From a virus: a stretch of DNA of 64,000 nt. Below the pieces are notes generated by a model, which saw nothing but the letters and a program-made list of their open reading frames with translations, did not search any database and was not told the DNA's origin. The position numbers and the translations under genes were made by a program. This document shows positions 54,107 through 63,804 of the stretch, in pieces. Position 1 is the first letter of the stretch. The number at the start of each line of letters is the position of its first letter. The stretch is taken from positions 60,741-124,740 of IMG/VR virus record IMGVR_UViG_3300037245_001295, one strand, 5' to 3'.

Positions 54107-54134
54107 CGAACCGTAGTGTATACTTGTGATAGAG
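54096..54134 (+). promoter_or_regulatory. sigma70-type phage promoter
   Basis: TTGACA-N17-TATACT-TGTGATAGAG. Confidence 0.85.
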
Positions 54135-54160
54135 ACGAACCATAAACCCGGAGAAGAACG

Positions 54161-54730
54161 ATGATCCGAAGTTTCCTGATTGTGCTGGCTATGTTGGTTG
54201 GAACGACTGCGTGCGCTCAAGACGCCCTGCCTCAGTTTGTGCAGTCGCTCTCTGCTGCGGATTATGCGACCTGGGCCACTTGGCAGAATCGTCAGGCTGC
54301 GTTGCGTGCTGACGAAGAGAGGGAGGATTCCTGTGAGGAGCCTTACGTCTACTCCGTGCGTACAACCTCGTCCGTCAGTGGGGGTGTGACGGCCGCTCTT
54401 AACCGATTGAATAAGACCAGCCGGACTAAGCGAAGCAGCACGACCCGATCCACGGCGACCAACAGCGTGGCCACTTGGCGCAACGCTGTGGCGGAGACCA
54501 TGCCCCACCGGTATGTCAATCCGGCCTACACGCCGCCGGGTCCGGTCACGATCCACAACCCGTATGCCCGCTTTGCCAACCCGGTAGACCGCGAGCCCCG
54601 CTGGGACAAGATATTCGTCCCGAGCAAGTCGGGCACGATGACGGTGTCGGAGGCGCAGGACAAGCTGGGCAGCCCGGTGCCAGCCGAGCTATTGTTCAGC
54701 GTGCTTATGTCGCAAGGTCCGGGCAAATGA
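54161..54730 (+). CDS. putative exported protein
   Basis: Signal peptide MIRSFLIVLAMLVGTTACA. Confidence 0.7.
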   Translation: MIRSFLIVLAMLVGTTACAQDALPQFVQSLSAADYATWATWQNRQAALRADEEREDSCEEPYVYSVRTTSSVSGGVTAALNRLNKTSRTKRSSTTRSTATNSVATWRNAVAETMPHRYVNPAYTPPGPVTIHNPYARFANPVDREPRWDKIFVPSKSGTMTVSEAQDKLGSPVPAELLFSVLMSQGPGK

Positions 54731-55002
54731 TCTACAACCTGCTAAACTGGCTGCTAGGGACGCCGCCCACCGTGCGTGGTCAACTACGCCGCTGGCGGAA
54801 GGTGCATCCCTTTTGTGAGCGGATGAACATCCCCAGCGGAATGTACGACAGACTCCTTACCGAGCTTCGAGCTAGTGGTGTCCTGTTTAACTACGACTAT
54901 GATCCCACGCAACCCGTCGAACGGGGTATGGTGATCGGCGGCGTGCTGACGCTTCCGAGTCGGTACGTGCGGGGGCCTCAAGTGATCCGGGGGGTAGGCT
55001 GA
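54727..55002 (+). CDS. hypothetical protein
   Basis: ATGA overlap. Confidence 0.55.
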   Translation: MIYNLLNWLLGTPPTVRGQLRRWRKVHPFCERMNIPSGMYDRLLTELRASGVLFNYDYDPTQPVERGMVIGGVLTLPSRYVRGPQVIRGVG

Positions 55003-55364
55003 TGGATTCTTATATCGCTGACGTTTCGGTCCTGTCTAAGGCGCTCGGCACGTTTGATAGAAAGCACCTGATGGGGTGGGGAGTGCCTGGGTTTACAACC
55101 ACCGAAGTTGACATATCCCACCTCAAGCGGGTGTTCTACATGGAGACCGTCTGTGAACGTCGGTCGAGTACCCAAGAGCTACACTTTGGAGTTGGTCAGG
55201 AAGTAGGCGCTGTCCTCAAGTTTAACATGCGACTAAGACCGGGGGACCGCTTCAAAGTGAAGTATACCATCACCGGTACTCAGGGTGATGGCCCTAATTC
55301 GGTAGTGGTCAAAAGCCCCAGCGGCAAAGCCCTCCGCATCAACATCTATGCGTCCGCTGGATAA
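55002..55364 (+). CDS. hypothetical protein
   Basis: TGATG coupling. Confidence 0.6.
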   Translation: MDSYIADVSVLSKALGTFDRKHLMGWGVPGFTTTEVDISHLKRVFYMETVCERRSSTQELHFGVGQEVGAVLKFNMRLRPGDRFKVKYTITGTQGDGPNSVVVKSPSGKALRINIYASAG

Positions 55365-55375
55365 GGAACAGGCTA

Positions 55376-55690
55376 ATGAGCTTTCTGCGTTTGCGTAACA
55401 GACTGATGATCCGACGTGGCTGGAACCGGCGAGTCGCCACACTGGCCGCCCGGCTATACTTGGGTGTGGATACGTGGGAAGGCATTCAGGCAACGCCGGG
55501 CTTTCGCGGCACCCCGCTGCTTTCACAGTCTGAGGCTATGAAGATACAGTGTGGCGTGTCCAGCGAGACCGAAGGGGTCGCACCCCCTGTCACCGGCGCT
55601 GGATGCGACATACACCCTAAGTTCAATGTCAAGGGCACACAAACAGGGAGGTTTAGAGGTGACTGTGAAAATCCAGTGCCAGCGAACTAG
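55376..55690 (+). CDS. hypothetical protein
   Basis: AAGGA RBS. Confidence 0.5.
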   Translation: MSFLRLRNRLMIRRGWNRRVATLAARLYLGVDTWEGIQATPGFRGTPLLSQSEAMKIQCGVSSETEGVAPPVTGAGCDIHPKFNVKGTQTGRFRGDCENPVPAN

Positions 55691-55912
55691 CGAAGAGGAC
55701 GTGGTTGTCTCACTGTGTAATGAGATCGACCGACTAAGGGGAGGGGAGGGTCAAATTGACCCGACCAACGGTGACGATTGACTAGACGCGCTTAGAGTAA
55801 AGCGCTTAGTAAGGTTGCACCGGTTGTGCGGGCTTAGCGGCATTGGTGCCGCGCACGGCGTCCCCCCACCGGGCCGCCATTAACAAGACAACGGACACTT
55901 GGAGGTGAGAGT

Positions 55913-56248
55913 ATGCGGCGTTACGGAGTTACGACAGTTGCACGTTGGTTGGCAGAGGAGTTGCCAGAGGGCGTGCGGTCGTACATTGAGGCTTGCGGTA
56001 CATTGCATGAGCTAGTAGCCATAGAGGCCACTAGCGGTCATCTGCTGCCCCGGCTACGTGTACGAGGGTTGCGGCGGATGTTACATGTACCTCGTGCTAC
56101 CCGGCTGGCTATGGCCACGCCTGTAATTCTGAGCATGGGGGAGAACTTAGCAGGTAAGTCGCTGGGGTCGATCTCTTCGCAGGTTGACCGCGCGGCCTTT
56201 GGCAGTTTCGCACTGCCGAGAAGTAGCTTAGAGATGGCTACAGTCTAG
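55913..56248 (+). CDS. hypothetical protein
   Basis: GGAGGT RBS. Confidence 0.55.
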   Translation: MRRYGVTTVARWLAEELPEGVRSYIEACGTLHELVAIEATSGHLLPRLRVRGLRRMLHVPRATRLAMATPVILSMGENLAGKSLGSISSQVDRAAFGSFALPRSSLEMATV

Positions 56249-56394
56249 TATTAGTATTTCTAATACACAGTAGCCTACGTGCGTGCGTGCGGCCGAGTAT
56301 CCGGGGATCAGATTAACTGGCGAGTTGTGCCTACTCCAAACGAAGGCATCTGACGCCCGCTTACTAACAGCTAGTAGAGGTTAGTTGAAGACAC

Positions 56395-56424
56395 AAGCCC
56401 GGCAAGACCGCTGCCGGGCTTTTG
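56395..56424 (+). terminator. rho-independent terminator at the strand convergence
   Basis: aagcccggca/tgccgggctt stem with T-tract; may be bidirectional. Confidence 0.75.
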
Positions 56425-56692
56425 TCATGCGCTGACCGATAGCGGGCAGCCTTCTCGCACGGGTCAAACTTTCTGACCTGTGAAGTTTCCAATGCCGCCA
56501 CCCAACCGTGCCGCGCCTCGCGCTTGAAAAACCAGGGGCGAATGGCCTATGCGAGTTAGAAAATGAGGGTGGTCTGGTTACGCCTGGAATCCTGATGGTC
56601 GGGAGAGTTCGGATTGTCGGGGTCCAGACGGGCGAGAGCCGGTCGAGAGCCGGTCGGGCCGCAAATCCGTTGCGACCCCGACCGCTCGCCTA

Positions 56693-58627
56693 TCACTCTA
56701 AACCCAAACGGATGGGAGGATCGGCCGCGTGCGTCCGATACCCCTCATCCCGAGGGATGCCGCCCCGCCTCAATGTCACACGCCCAGCCTCAACCGGTGG
56801 GCTTACCTCCACACGGTGGGCGCGTCTCTCCAACTGCCGGGAGCCGGTCCATCTCGACGATTCGTCCTCAATCATGTACTCCCGCGCTTGCGCCTCCGCC
56901 TGCCCGTCCCTCCCCCGATCCGGCGCCTGATCCTGCGCCTGATCCCACCGCGCAGCTTGACAGACGGGGCACGGGCAGCCCTCAGCCACTCGCGGGCTTT
57001 CCACGCATGGCTCTGGGTATGGCTCTGGGTATGGGTATGGCTCTGGGTATGGCTGTGGGTAGGGCTGCCGGCCGGGCACGGCCTCTGAGATGGGCACCGG
57101 CCCCGCCGCCCGCTGCGCCACCCACTGGGATGCTGTGTAGGCCGCAAGCGAATTCTGGCCGTTTGGTATCCGCCAACGCAGAGCGGCGGGAGCTTCGACC
57201 GCGTCGTCAGCTTCGACAGCTTCGACAGCTTCGACAGCTTCGACAGCTTCGACAGCTTCGGGCTGGTCGGCATCTTCCCAACACTTCGCAAGGGCCGTGC
57301 CGTGGTTGCCAGCCTTACGACGCCAGTAATCCAACAGGTCGTTATCATCGAGCATATCGCACAAAGCAGGCCAATGCCTACGGATGTTACCACCGAGTTT
57401 GGCGTCAATCTCGTCATAGGTCATACCCTTGACAGCATCCATGAAGCGGGCATGAAGCGCAATCCAGTTACAAATCTCACGAGCGTTAAGACTGCCATCA
57501 TACAGCCGAACCTCAAAGCTGCCATGACGGAGGTAAGCCCGCCAGTTGACAAACTCGAACCGGTCCCGACTCTCGGCAAAGTCCTCGATATGTTCACAGT
57601 TGCGAATCTCGGCACACTCATACTGAGGGCTACCACACATCGAATTGCCACCACGGCTCATTGTGACAAATTTCTTCCACATCGTATACGTCTTACGATA
57701 CGCATAAGCGATACGTAGGCACTCTTCGGACGAATCCTCAGAGATGTCAACATGGATATGAAGGCCACAACTGCTATTGGTGGCCCAATGCTTCTCGTCG
57801 GCAATGTCGCAAAAGTCGCGAATCTCTTGAAATCCAGCATCACCCTGCAAAATCGGAGAGACGAATTCTTTCCCCGGAGTGCTACATTCGTACACACAAC
57901 CCCATTCGGTTGTGCCGTGCAGTTGCTCATAACCCCGACATTCGGCAGTCTCAAGCTCGACGCCAAACCGGCGCTTAGAACCGACCTTATCGAATGAACC
58001 CGCCTCACCGCTCCAAGGCTGAGTTTTCCACGTTTCCGCACGCCCGTAACATCGCTCACAGAACGGGTCACCGTCCCAACCGCTATGCTCGCCACGAAGG
58101 ATAGCACGGCTACAATGGCCACACGTCACATAAATCGTCTCATAGCACGCACCGCACAAAAGCTCCTCATCGGGACTACAGAGCGCATCCCTACGGTCGT
58201 GAACTTCCTCGCACACGACACAGGTGAACCAGTAGTCACGCCAGCATCGGGCACAGACATGGCCACCCTCAGTCGGGTGGTTGTGGTTGTTCTCTTCGGT
58301 ACGACGGTCAGTACGTCCACATGTGGTACAAACCTGATAAACGGATTCGTGGCACGGGCGGCAACGGGTGTAGCCATCGGGACCAGAGACAATTTCGCTA
58401 GATTCCCTATGACGATTCAAGGCGAACACTTCGTCACAATCGTGACAAGTGGCGTGCTGGTCACTGAAACACCGTGCGCAGATATAGCCCCGATCCTCGA
58501 CGTAGATCATACGGTCGCGGGTGCGCTCACGGCCGCAACCCCCGACACACATGACGGTCTCGGACGGGTCGGGCACTTGCGGCGCGGGCTCATCGTCGAG
58601 CCATGATTCTTGCAGGTACGGGGGCAT
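56693..58627 (-). CDS. putative amidoligase (COOH-NH2 ligase fold) with N-terminal CxxC Zn-finger array
   Basis: RFGVELET, EFVSPIL, CGLHIHV, FEVRLYDGS; many CxxC pairs; low-complexity tail. Confidence 0.85.
   Translation of the reverse strand: MPPYLQESWLDDEPAPQVPDPSETVMCVGGCGRERTRDRMIYVEDRGYICARCFSDQHATCHDCDEVFALNRHRESSEIVSGPDGYTRCRPCHESVYQVCTTCGRTDRRTEENNHNHPTEGGHVCARCWRDYWFTCVVCEEVHDRRDALCSPDEELLCGACYETIYVTCGHCSRAILRGEHSGWDGDPFCERCYGRAETWKTQPWSGEAGSFDKVGSKRRFGVELETAECRGYEQLHGTTEWGCVYECSTPGKEFVSPILQGDAGFQEIRDFCDIADEKHWATNSSCGLHIHVDISEDSSEECLRIAYAYRKTYTMWKKFVTMSRGGNSMCGSPQYECAEIRNCEHIEDFAESRDRFEFVNWRAYLRHGSFEVRLYDGSLNAREICNWIALHARFMDAVKGMTYDEIDAKLGGNIRRHWPALCDMLDDNDLLDYWRRKAGNHGTALAKCWEDADQPEAVEAVEAVEAVEAVEADDAVEAPAALRWRIPNGQNSLAAYTASQWVAQRAAGPVPISEAVPGRQPYPQPYPEPYPYPEPYPEPCVESPRVAEGCPCPVCQAARWDQAQDQAPDRGRDGQAEAQAREYMIEDESSRWTGSRQLERRAHRVEVSPPVEAGRVTLRRGGIPRDEGYRTHAADPPIRLGLE
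57008..57060 (-). repeat. PYPE/PYPQ-encoding short repeats
   Basis: ggctctgggtat-type units on the + strand. Confidence 0.75.
57207..57260 (-). repeat. 9-bp tandem repeat (cagcttcga) encoding EAV
   Basis: About 6 copies read directly. Confidence 0.9.
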
Positions 58628-58648
58628 AGGCGAGCCTAAGGAGGGTGG

Positions 58649-58834
58649 TTATTTCAGGTTGTCTGTGATGAAAAAGCCGATTCCCCAGGATAGGAGAACA
58701 GCGACGACTATAGCCCTTGCGTAAGGGTAATTCGGGATCATCGTGAAAGCCCAAACTACTGCCGCAATCACACTAGCCGAGGTGACTAGGGCGGCCGCGC
58801 CAATCAGGACGAACTGCAAATGCCTAAACATCAC
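58649..58834 (-). CDS. small two-TM membrane protein
   Basis: Two hydrophobic helices. Confidence 0.6.
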   Translation of the reverse strand: MMFRHLQFVLIGAAALVTSASVIAAVVWAFTMIPNYPYARAIVVAVLLSWGIGFFITDNLK

Positions 58835-59007
58835 AACGCCGCCTTTGCGCCGCGCTCAGTCTTGCAGATGGTACAACGGTGCTGAACCGGACCCGTGCCA
58901 CTCTTGGCACACTCGTTATGAACGCGCTTGCCGTCGCCATACTTCTTATCCTGGAACTTGGCGCCTGCGCCCGTATTGTCAGAACATCGAAAACATGAAA
59001 GAATCAT
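58831..59007 (-). CDS. small Zn-binding phage protein
   Basis: MILSCFRC...FQDKKYGDGKRVHN...RCTIC; AGGAG RBS; below ORF-track cutoff. Confidence 0.65.
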   Translation of the reverse strand: MILSCFRCSDNTGAGAKFQDKKYGDGKRVHNECAKSGTGPVQHRCTICKTERGAKAAL

Positions 59008-59016
59008 ACAAGTCTC

Positions 59017-59235
59017 CTAATTGTCAAGAGTCAGACGAATGTTATGTTCGGAAATGAGCGAGCCATCCTTAGCAATCAGTTGCATGTCGCCAGCCTCAAA
59101 ACTGACAACAATGACAGGAACCAACTCACCGGCCGCAAACGTGCCAATCGGCACTTTCAGAGTACAGCCGATAAACTGCAATACCCCGGCATCCAGTTGA
59201 TCCCAATGACACCAATCAAACAGTGTACGTTCCAT
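59017..59235 (-). CDS. hypothetical protein
   Basis: MERTLFDW...; GAGG RBS. Confidence 0.65.
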   Translation of the reverse strand: MERTLFDWCHWDQLDAGVLQFIGCTLKVPIGTFAAGELVPVIVVSFEAGDMQLIAKDGSLISEHNIRLTLDN

Positions 59236-59302
59236 AATCGCCTCTTTCGTTGTTACAGGTCCGCCCGCCCGGTCACTATCGCCGGGCGGGGCACCGGCTA
59301 TG

Positions 59303-60256
59303 CTACCCGGCGTAATCGCTACTGTCGAACTCAGTGTCAGACATGGAATGGATGCTGACACTTTCCTCATCACAGTACGTACCCCACGCATCGGCCCATT
59401 CCTGATCGTAGTCACGAACCTCCGAATTCCCCGAAGCCGCGCTCTCGGTCTGATCCTTATCCCTCCACCAATCGTTAGCGGCCTTGCGACCACGTCCAGT
59501 CTGGCTGTTGCGACGGGCGGCGACCCCATTACTACCCGCGTAATAATTCGTGGCACCCGAGCGACCGGAGCTACCATAGTAACCCCACTTGCTGCCGGAG
59601 GAGACAAACGCCTTGACCTCAGAACCCTCCACATTGGACGAGCCGACAAGACCGTCAGCGTTGAACTTCCAGACCTCTCCCTCACCAAGCGTGTGACAGT
59701 CACCGCCGGTGCAGGCGTCAAGATGCTTCCAACTGGAAGAATAATACCAGACGCCATCGACCTCAACAACGGCAAGCTCGCCGTTATGAGACATGAGGTA
59801 AAAATCATCCCCATCGAACCAACTCAAACCCCAGTAACCACCGATCTGATCGAGAGCTTTGTTGTAATCGCCCCGTTTCTTATTGAGCGACCAGAACAGA
59901 TATTCCGAGTCAACCTGAAACCTGTCAGGAGCGTCACACATGCCATTATGGCTACCAATGATGCGACCGTAACGGAACGGATGACTGTTGCGACGGTTCA
60001 CCTTGCCACGAGTGGCAAAACGGGTATGACCGGCGATGAACCACGAGCTATCGCGGGACGCCTTGAGCCACTTCGAGACCTTGTTATCGAGCAACACCTT
60101 AGAGGGGTCGCCGGCCCGTTTGGTCATCTTGCCAGTGGAATTGAAAAACCCGCACGAATCGGTCCCGCGCTCGCGGTTGGCCCACGTCAAAGCGCGCATG
60201 ATACCGAGATTGATTTTTGTGCCCTTAGGGGCGATTGCTCCGAAAATACCGCACAT
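59303..60256 (-). CDS. class II (Ntn) glutamine amidotransferase
   Basis: MCGIFG N-terminal Cys, RGTDSCG, GHTRFAT, NSHPF, HNG, VDSE. Confidence 0.92.
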   Translation of the reverse strand: MCGIFGAIAPKGTKINLGIMRALTWANRERGTDSCGFFNSTGKMTKRAGDPSKVLLDNKVSKWLKASRDSSWFIAGHTRFATRGKVNRRNSHPFRYGRIIGSHNGMCDAPDRFQVDSEYLFWSLNKKRGDYNKALDQIGGYWGLSWFDGDDFYLMSHNGELAVVEVDGVWYYSSSWKHLDACTGGDCHTLGEGEVWKFNADGLVGSSNVEGSEVKAFVSSGSKWGYYGSSGRSGATNYYAGSNGVAARRNSQTGRGRKAANDWWRDKDQTESAASGNSEVRDYDQEWADAWGTYCDEESVSIHSMSDTEFDSSDYAG

Positions 60257-60344
60257 ACAGAAAGTCCTCGCCGCAACAGTAAGTGAACATATCGGCCGCA
60301 TGGCCGGTGACAATGTCGGGCGGTGGGTTGCGTCCCCCGCCCCT

Positions 60345-60383
60345 CTTCTATTACAAGTATACACCATCAGGGGCAAAAGTCAA
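60345..60383 (-). promoter_or_regulatory. sigma70-type phage promoter
   Basis: Reverse complement TTGACT-N16-TATACT-TGTAATAGAAG. Confidence 0.85.
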
Positions 60384-60445
60384 ATGAAAAGACGGGCCAG
60401 AACCCGCTTAGAGGGCAGATTCCGACCCGCTGTCAAAGGGTTGTA

Positions 60446-61486
60446 TCAGAAGCGCGGCCTGATAGGGGTATTGTCGAACAGGGTGGCTCGCGAGTCCAGC
60501 CAGTCGATAAGCTCGGCGTCACCGATAAGAGTGGCAAGGCCCTCAAGGTCGTGGTCATAGTCGCCGTCGAAAAGATCGTCAATCTCGTCAAAGGACAAAT
60601 TTCTGACGGCATCCATGAAACGACAATGAATGGTAACCCACTTACAGATCGTATTAGGGTCAACAGTCCCCTCAAGCATCCGAACCTCAAAGGTGGTGTG
60701 ATCCCAATAAGCGGCAAAGTTCACCATCTCGTACCGGTCGATCCCCATCCCGCGCACCGCATCCCTATAGGTCTCGTGACTACGCCTTTCGACGTGATCC
60801 CGAAGATCGGCCGGACGCCATCCAGGCAGACAACTGTAAGAACCGCAAGAACGGCTGTGAGGCACAAGACGTGCCCAAAAGGCTGTACTCCTACTGTAGG
60901 CATACATGATACTGAGAAGCTGATCCTTTTCTTCGTCACGCATGTCATAATGGGTATGACACCCACAATAGTGGTCGGCGGTCCAATCGTTGTCACTGCC
61001 AAAGGCCAGAATTTCCTCAACCTGCTCAAGACCCTCATCACCGTAAAGGATCGGAGAATCGAACTCCATGCCCGAAACGGTGCAATCCGACTTGGCACCC
61101 CAATGCGTGCGACCGGCCAATCTCTGATAATGGTCACAAGAGGCAGTTTCGATTTCGATACCGAACTTGCGCTTGGAGCCGATCCTATCATAACTAGCGA
61201 CAGAAACGTCAAGGGCGGTGGGACGCCAACAACTGTTACTACTGCGACCGCCGTTACAACGGTCACACAACACCTGACCCCGATCGTAGTGGGCTCGTCG
61301 ATGGGTGCTACGGGTGATCCCCCTACCGTGGTGGTAGACAATTACTCCGCACTCTTCGCAGATTCCATACGACCGGTCAAAGCATTCCATGCAGATGCCG
61401 GTCGCCACGGAAAATTGGTGTGCTGGTTTGCGATCACGGCAAACGCAACAGCGGTGTGTTCGGGTTGCGGTTTCGGTTGCGGGCAC
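60446..61486 (-). CDS. putative amidoligase, paralog of 56693-58627
   Basis: KFGIEIET, EFDSPIL, CGCHTH, FEVRMLEGT; N-terminal CxxC fingers; GGAGG RBS. Confidence 0.85.
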   Translation of the reverse strand: MPATETATRTHRCCVCRDRKPAHQFSVATGICMECFDRSYGICEECGVIVYHHGRGITRSTHRRAHYDRGQVLCDRCNGGRSSNSCWRPTALDVSVASYDRIGSKRKFGIEIETASCDHYQRLAGRTHWGAKSDCTVSGMEFDSPILYGDEGLEQVEEILAFGSDNDWTADHYCGCHTHYDMRDEEKDQLLSIMYAYSRSTAFWARLVPHSRSCGSYSCLPGWRPADLRDHVERRSHETYRDAVRGMGIDRYEMVNFAAYWDHTTFEVRMLEGTVDPNTICKWVTIHCRFMDAVRNLSFDEIDDLFDGDYDHDLEGLATLIGDAELIDWLDSRATLFDNTPIRPRF

Positions 61487-61530
61487 GTCGTATCCTCCGA
61501 CCAGTGTGAATTGTTTCCCTTGACACTACA

Positions 61531-61558
61531 AGTATACACCACCAGTGGCGAAAGTCAA
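61531..61558 (-). promoter_or_regulatory. sigma70-type phage promoter
   Basis: Reverse complement TTGACT-N16-TATACT. Confidence 0.85.
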
Positions 61559-61620
61559 GCAAGAAACCAGACAAAATGCTTGTACTGGTTGACGGGGTCC
61601 GGGCGGGCACACCGTCAGAA

Positions 61621-62052
61621 TCATCCCCGCCGGTCTTCTCCGCTCAACCGCTCGCGTCCGCCCAACTGCGCATGCCCTCGCACTCGCGCCCCTCCCGACA
61701 CTCGGACGAAGTCGAACAACTGTGCGTATCCATACACATGGGCGAACCCGAAAATCGACACTCGATCAAAGGCCGAGGCGTTGCCGTACAGGTGAGAATT
61801 GTCGCCAGCGCGGGCGAACCCGCCCATCTGGGCGAAGCCATACACATGCGCCAACTCCCCCACCTGTACGTGGTCGAATAACTGTGCATGTTCGTACACA
61901 ACGGCATCCGGTCCAACATAGACAGAAGGCGCAACGGTAGCAGTCGCCGCCACCCAACCCCCACCGTTGGAGTGTTGAGCGGCAGGCACAGGCCCGTCGC
62001 CAAAGTCGTAAGTTGTCCCGCCGCCGTCCGGCGGTGGTTTGTCTTTACCCAT
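61621..62052 (-). CDS. hexapeptide-repeat (left-handed beta-helix) protein
   Basis: HSNGGGWVA.TATV then A.V.G.A six-residue repeats; start uncertain. Confidence 0.7.
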   Translation of the reverse strand: MGKDKPPPDGGGTTYDFGDGPVPAAQHSNGGGWVAATATVAPSVYVGPDAVVYEHAQLFDHVQVGELAHVYGFAQMGGFARAGDNSHLYGNASAFDRVSIFGFAHVYGYAQLFDFVRVSGGARVRGHAQLGGRERLSGEDRRG

Positions 62053-62348
62053 TGGAGCGCCGCTGTATTGTGCGCACCCCATTGGTGTTGGGGTGCGCTG
62101 GTTTTGACGATTAGCAGCTTTTTTGCGGTCGTGACACTCTACCACAAGTAGGGACGCGCTACCGACTTACAAGCCGCGCAAGTCTCAAGAGTCTACCGAT
62201 CAGTCCAGTCAGGACTATTGACATGGTAAACAGAATCTTGGGATTTGGTACCAGCGGCATCGACTGCACACTCGTCATAACAGGTTGAAGCTACCGTACC
62301 GGCCTGAACGCGGTACTCGGCACAGCCGGAATAGGTAGCCAAACTGAT

Positions 62349-62561
62349 TCATTCCGCGCCCCCGTCCAACCCCTTCAACAAGTTCAGATCGTTGAATTCG
62401 TTGCGAAACAGGGGATCGCCCTGGACGACACGACCGGCTTGCTCGACGTAATCACGCCAAGCCGTAAAATCCCCCTCCCTCCCAATGTCAGGCCCGCCCG
62501 CCCCTACGGCCTGCAAAACGCGCTCAGCCTCAAGAATCGCTACAGCTTGGTCAATCGTCAT
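62349..62561 (-). CDS. hypothetical protein
   Basis: Coupled to upstream ORF. Confidence 0.55.
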   Translation of the reverse strand: MTIDQAVAILEAERVLQAVGAGGPDIGREGDFTAWRDYVEQAGRVVQGDPLFRNEFNDLNLLKGLDGGAE

Positions 62562-62740
62562 CTAGTCATCCCCCTTGAGAGGTGATCGGCCGCCTTCGCT
62601 TGATGCAGCCGCTCGGCGTCGGTGGCCCGCTTGCCTAGTTCAGCCAGTCGTCCGCTCTTGCCGAGAATGCCCGATCTATCGGCGGCAGCAATCAAGGCGC
62701 TTAGCTTGCCGGGTCGCGGCTTAGGTGTGTTAAACATCAT
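62558..62740 (-). CDS. hypothetical protein
   Basis: ATGA overlap. Confidence 0.55.
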   Translation of the reverse strand: MMFNTPKPRPGKLSALIAAADRSGILGKSGRLAELGKRATDAERLHQAKAADHLSRGMTR

Positions 62741-63105
62741 CGTTGTTCTTCCTCTTCTTCGGCGGCGTCAAGCTCAGTAAGTCGTAACGGGTCAGTGATC
62801 CACGCATCTTGACCGGTCACAATGACGAGCGTTTCGATTTCGTGTTTCGCCATGTACCTCCGAACCATCTGCTCAACTTCCGGCAGCCAGTTAATGCGGT
62901 CATCTCGCCAGCGCTCATCGAATTCATCGACGCCAACAACGAAGCACGATTGACTGAACCATTTGTGGTGGCGTCGGTTATGCCCCGGATCATCATTCCG
63001 ATAGATCAAGGTTTGAATTCCGTTGTAAGTGGCGATACCCTCCCGCTCTGCGAAACAGTACAACTCGGCGGCGTCGATAACAGCGGCTTGAATGTGCATC
63101 GGCAT
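62737..63105 (-). CDS. hypothetical protein
   Basis: Downstream of promoter; GAGGG RBS. Confidence 0.7.
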   Translation of the reverse strand: MPMHIQAAVIDAAELYCFAEREGIATYNGIQTLIYRNDDPGHNRRHHKWFSQSCFVVGVDEFDERWRDDRINWLPEVEQMVRRYMAKHEIETLVIVTGQDAWITDPLRLTELDAAEEEEEQR

Positions 63106-63125
63106 GGTGCTTTCCCTCTAGTACA

Positions 63126-63153
63126 AGTATAGCACACGGTTGGCGAAAGTCAA
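63126..63153 (-). promoter_or_regulatory. sigma70-type phage promoter
   Basis: Reverse complement TTGACT-N16-TATACT. Confidence 0.85.
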
Positions 63154-63458
63154 GTCAATTTCTTGGGGTAGGCGGGCAACTTCGCAGCCCGGCGGGCGAC
63201 GTTGTCGGCGTAACAGGCGGCGCGGGCGGCGAATTCGGCATCGCCGTAATCATCACCACCGTAGGCCGCGATGGAGTATTGGCCAGCTTCCTCGGCAGCC
63301 TCCGCGCACTTAACGGCCGCCTCTTGTGCCATGTCAGCGGCATTGCTAGGGTTACGAAGGGTGCTCGCCGCCTGAGCCGCCCGCATCGCACGGGCGGCCA
63401 TACGCCACGCCTTACCCGCTCTCGCGGCGGCCTTGATTGCGTTGTCGGTGTACTTCAT
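63150..63458 (-). CDS. Ala-rich hypothetical protein
   Basis: ATGA overlap, AAGGA RBS. Confidence 0.6.
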   Translation of the reverse strand: MKYTDNAIKAAARAGKAWRMAARAMRAAQAASTLRNPSNAADMAQEAAVKCAEAAEEAGQYSIAAYGGDDYGDAEFAARAACYADNVARRAAKLPAYPKKLT

Positions 63459-63769
63459 TCCTTGGCTCCAACGATCTCGACACAACTGCTTGGGATGACG
63501 ACGGTGGACCCGGCACGATAGCGACCATGGCTTTCCTCGAATTGGATTTCCAGTTTAGTCCGGCGCTTGCGGGTTACCTTGGCGGTCGCACCGATCAGAT
63601 ACTTTGGCCGGATGGCCGTGATTCGGACGGTATCATTGACTTTGACGGCGGCCATAGTCATGGCTGCGGCGGCCCCTCGGAGTAGCTTGCGGCGCTGGCG
63701 GCAGGCCGTTTCGATCAGTTCCAAGTCACTGTCATACTTGCCCTGTAGGATTCCGGCGGGGTCGATCAT
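63455..63769 (-). CDS. hypothetical protein (SH3/KOW-like C-terminus)
   Basis: VKVNDTVRI..IRPKYLIG..AKV; AAGGA RBS. Confidence 0.65.
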   Translation of the reverse strand: MIDPAGILQGKYDSDLELIETACRQRRKLLRGAAAAMTMAAVKVNDTVRITAIRPKYLIGATAKVTRKRRTKLEIQFEESHGRYRAGSTVVIPSSCVEIVGAKE

Positions 63770-63804
63770 CGAGTTGTTTCCTTGTTGGGTTGTTGGTACA
63801 CTCA

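Noticed and set aside
53593-57260. Tandem repeats as possible CRISPR or iteron arrays
   Set aside because: Units are 9-12 bp multiples of three, have no spacers and encode low-complexity linkers (PEPT, EAV, PYPE)
59263-59292. Terminator after the GATase gene
   Set aside because: GC hairpin is present but there is no U-tract on the - strand
59300-61795. Long + strand ORFs (328 aa and 490 aa)
   Set aside because: Antisense shadows of the GATase and amidoligase genes, which carry clear motifs, RBSs and promoters on the - strand
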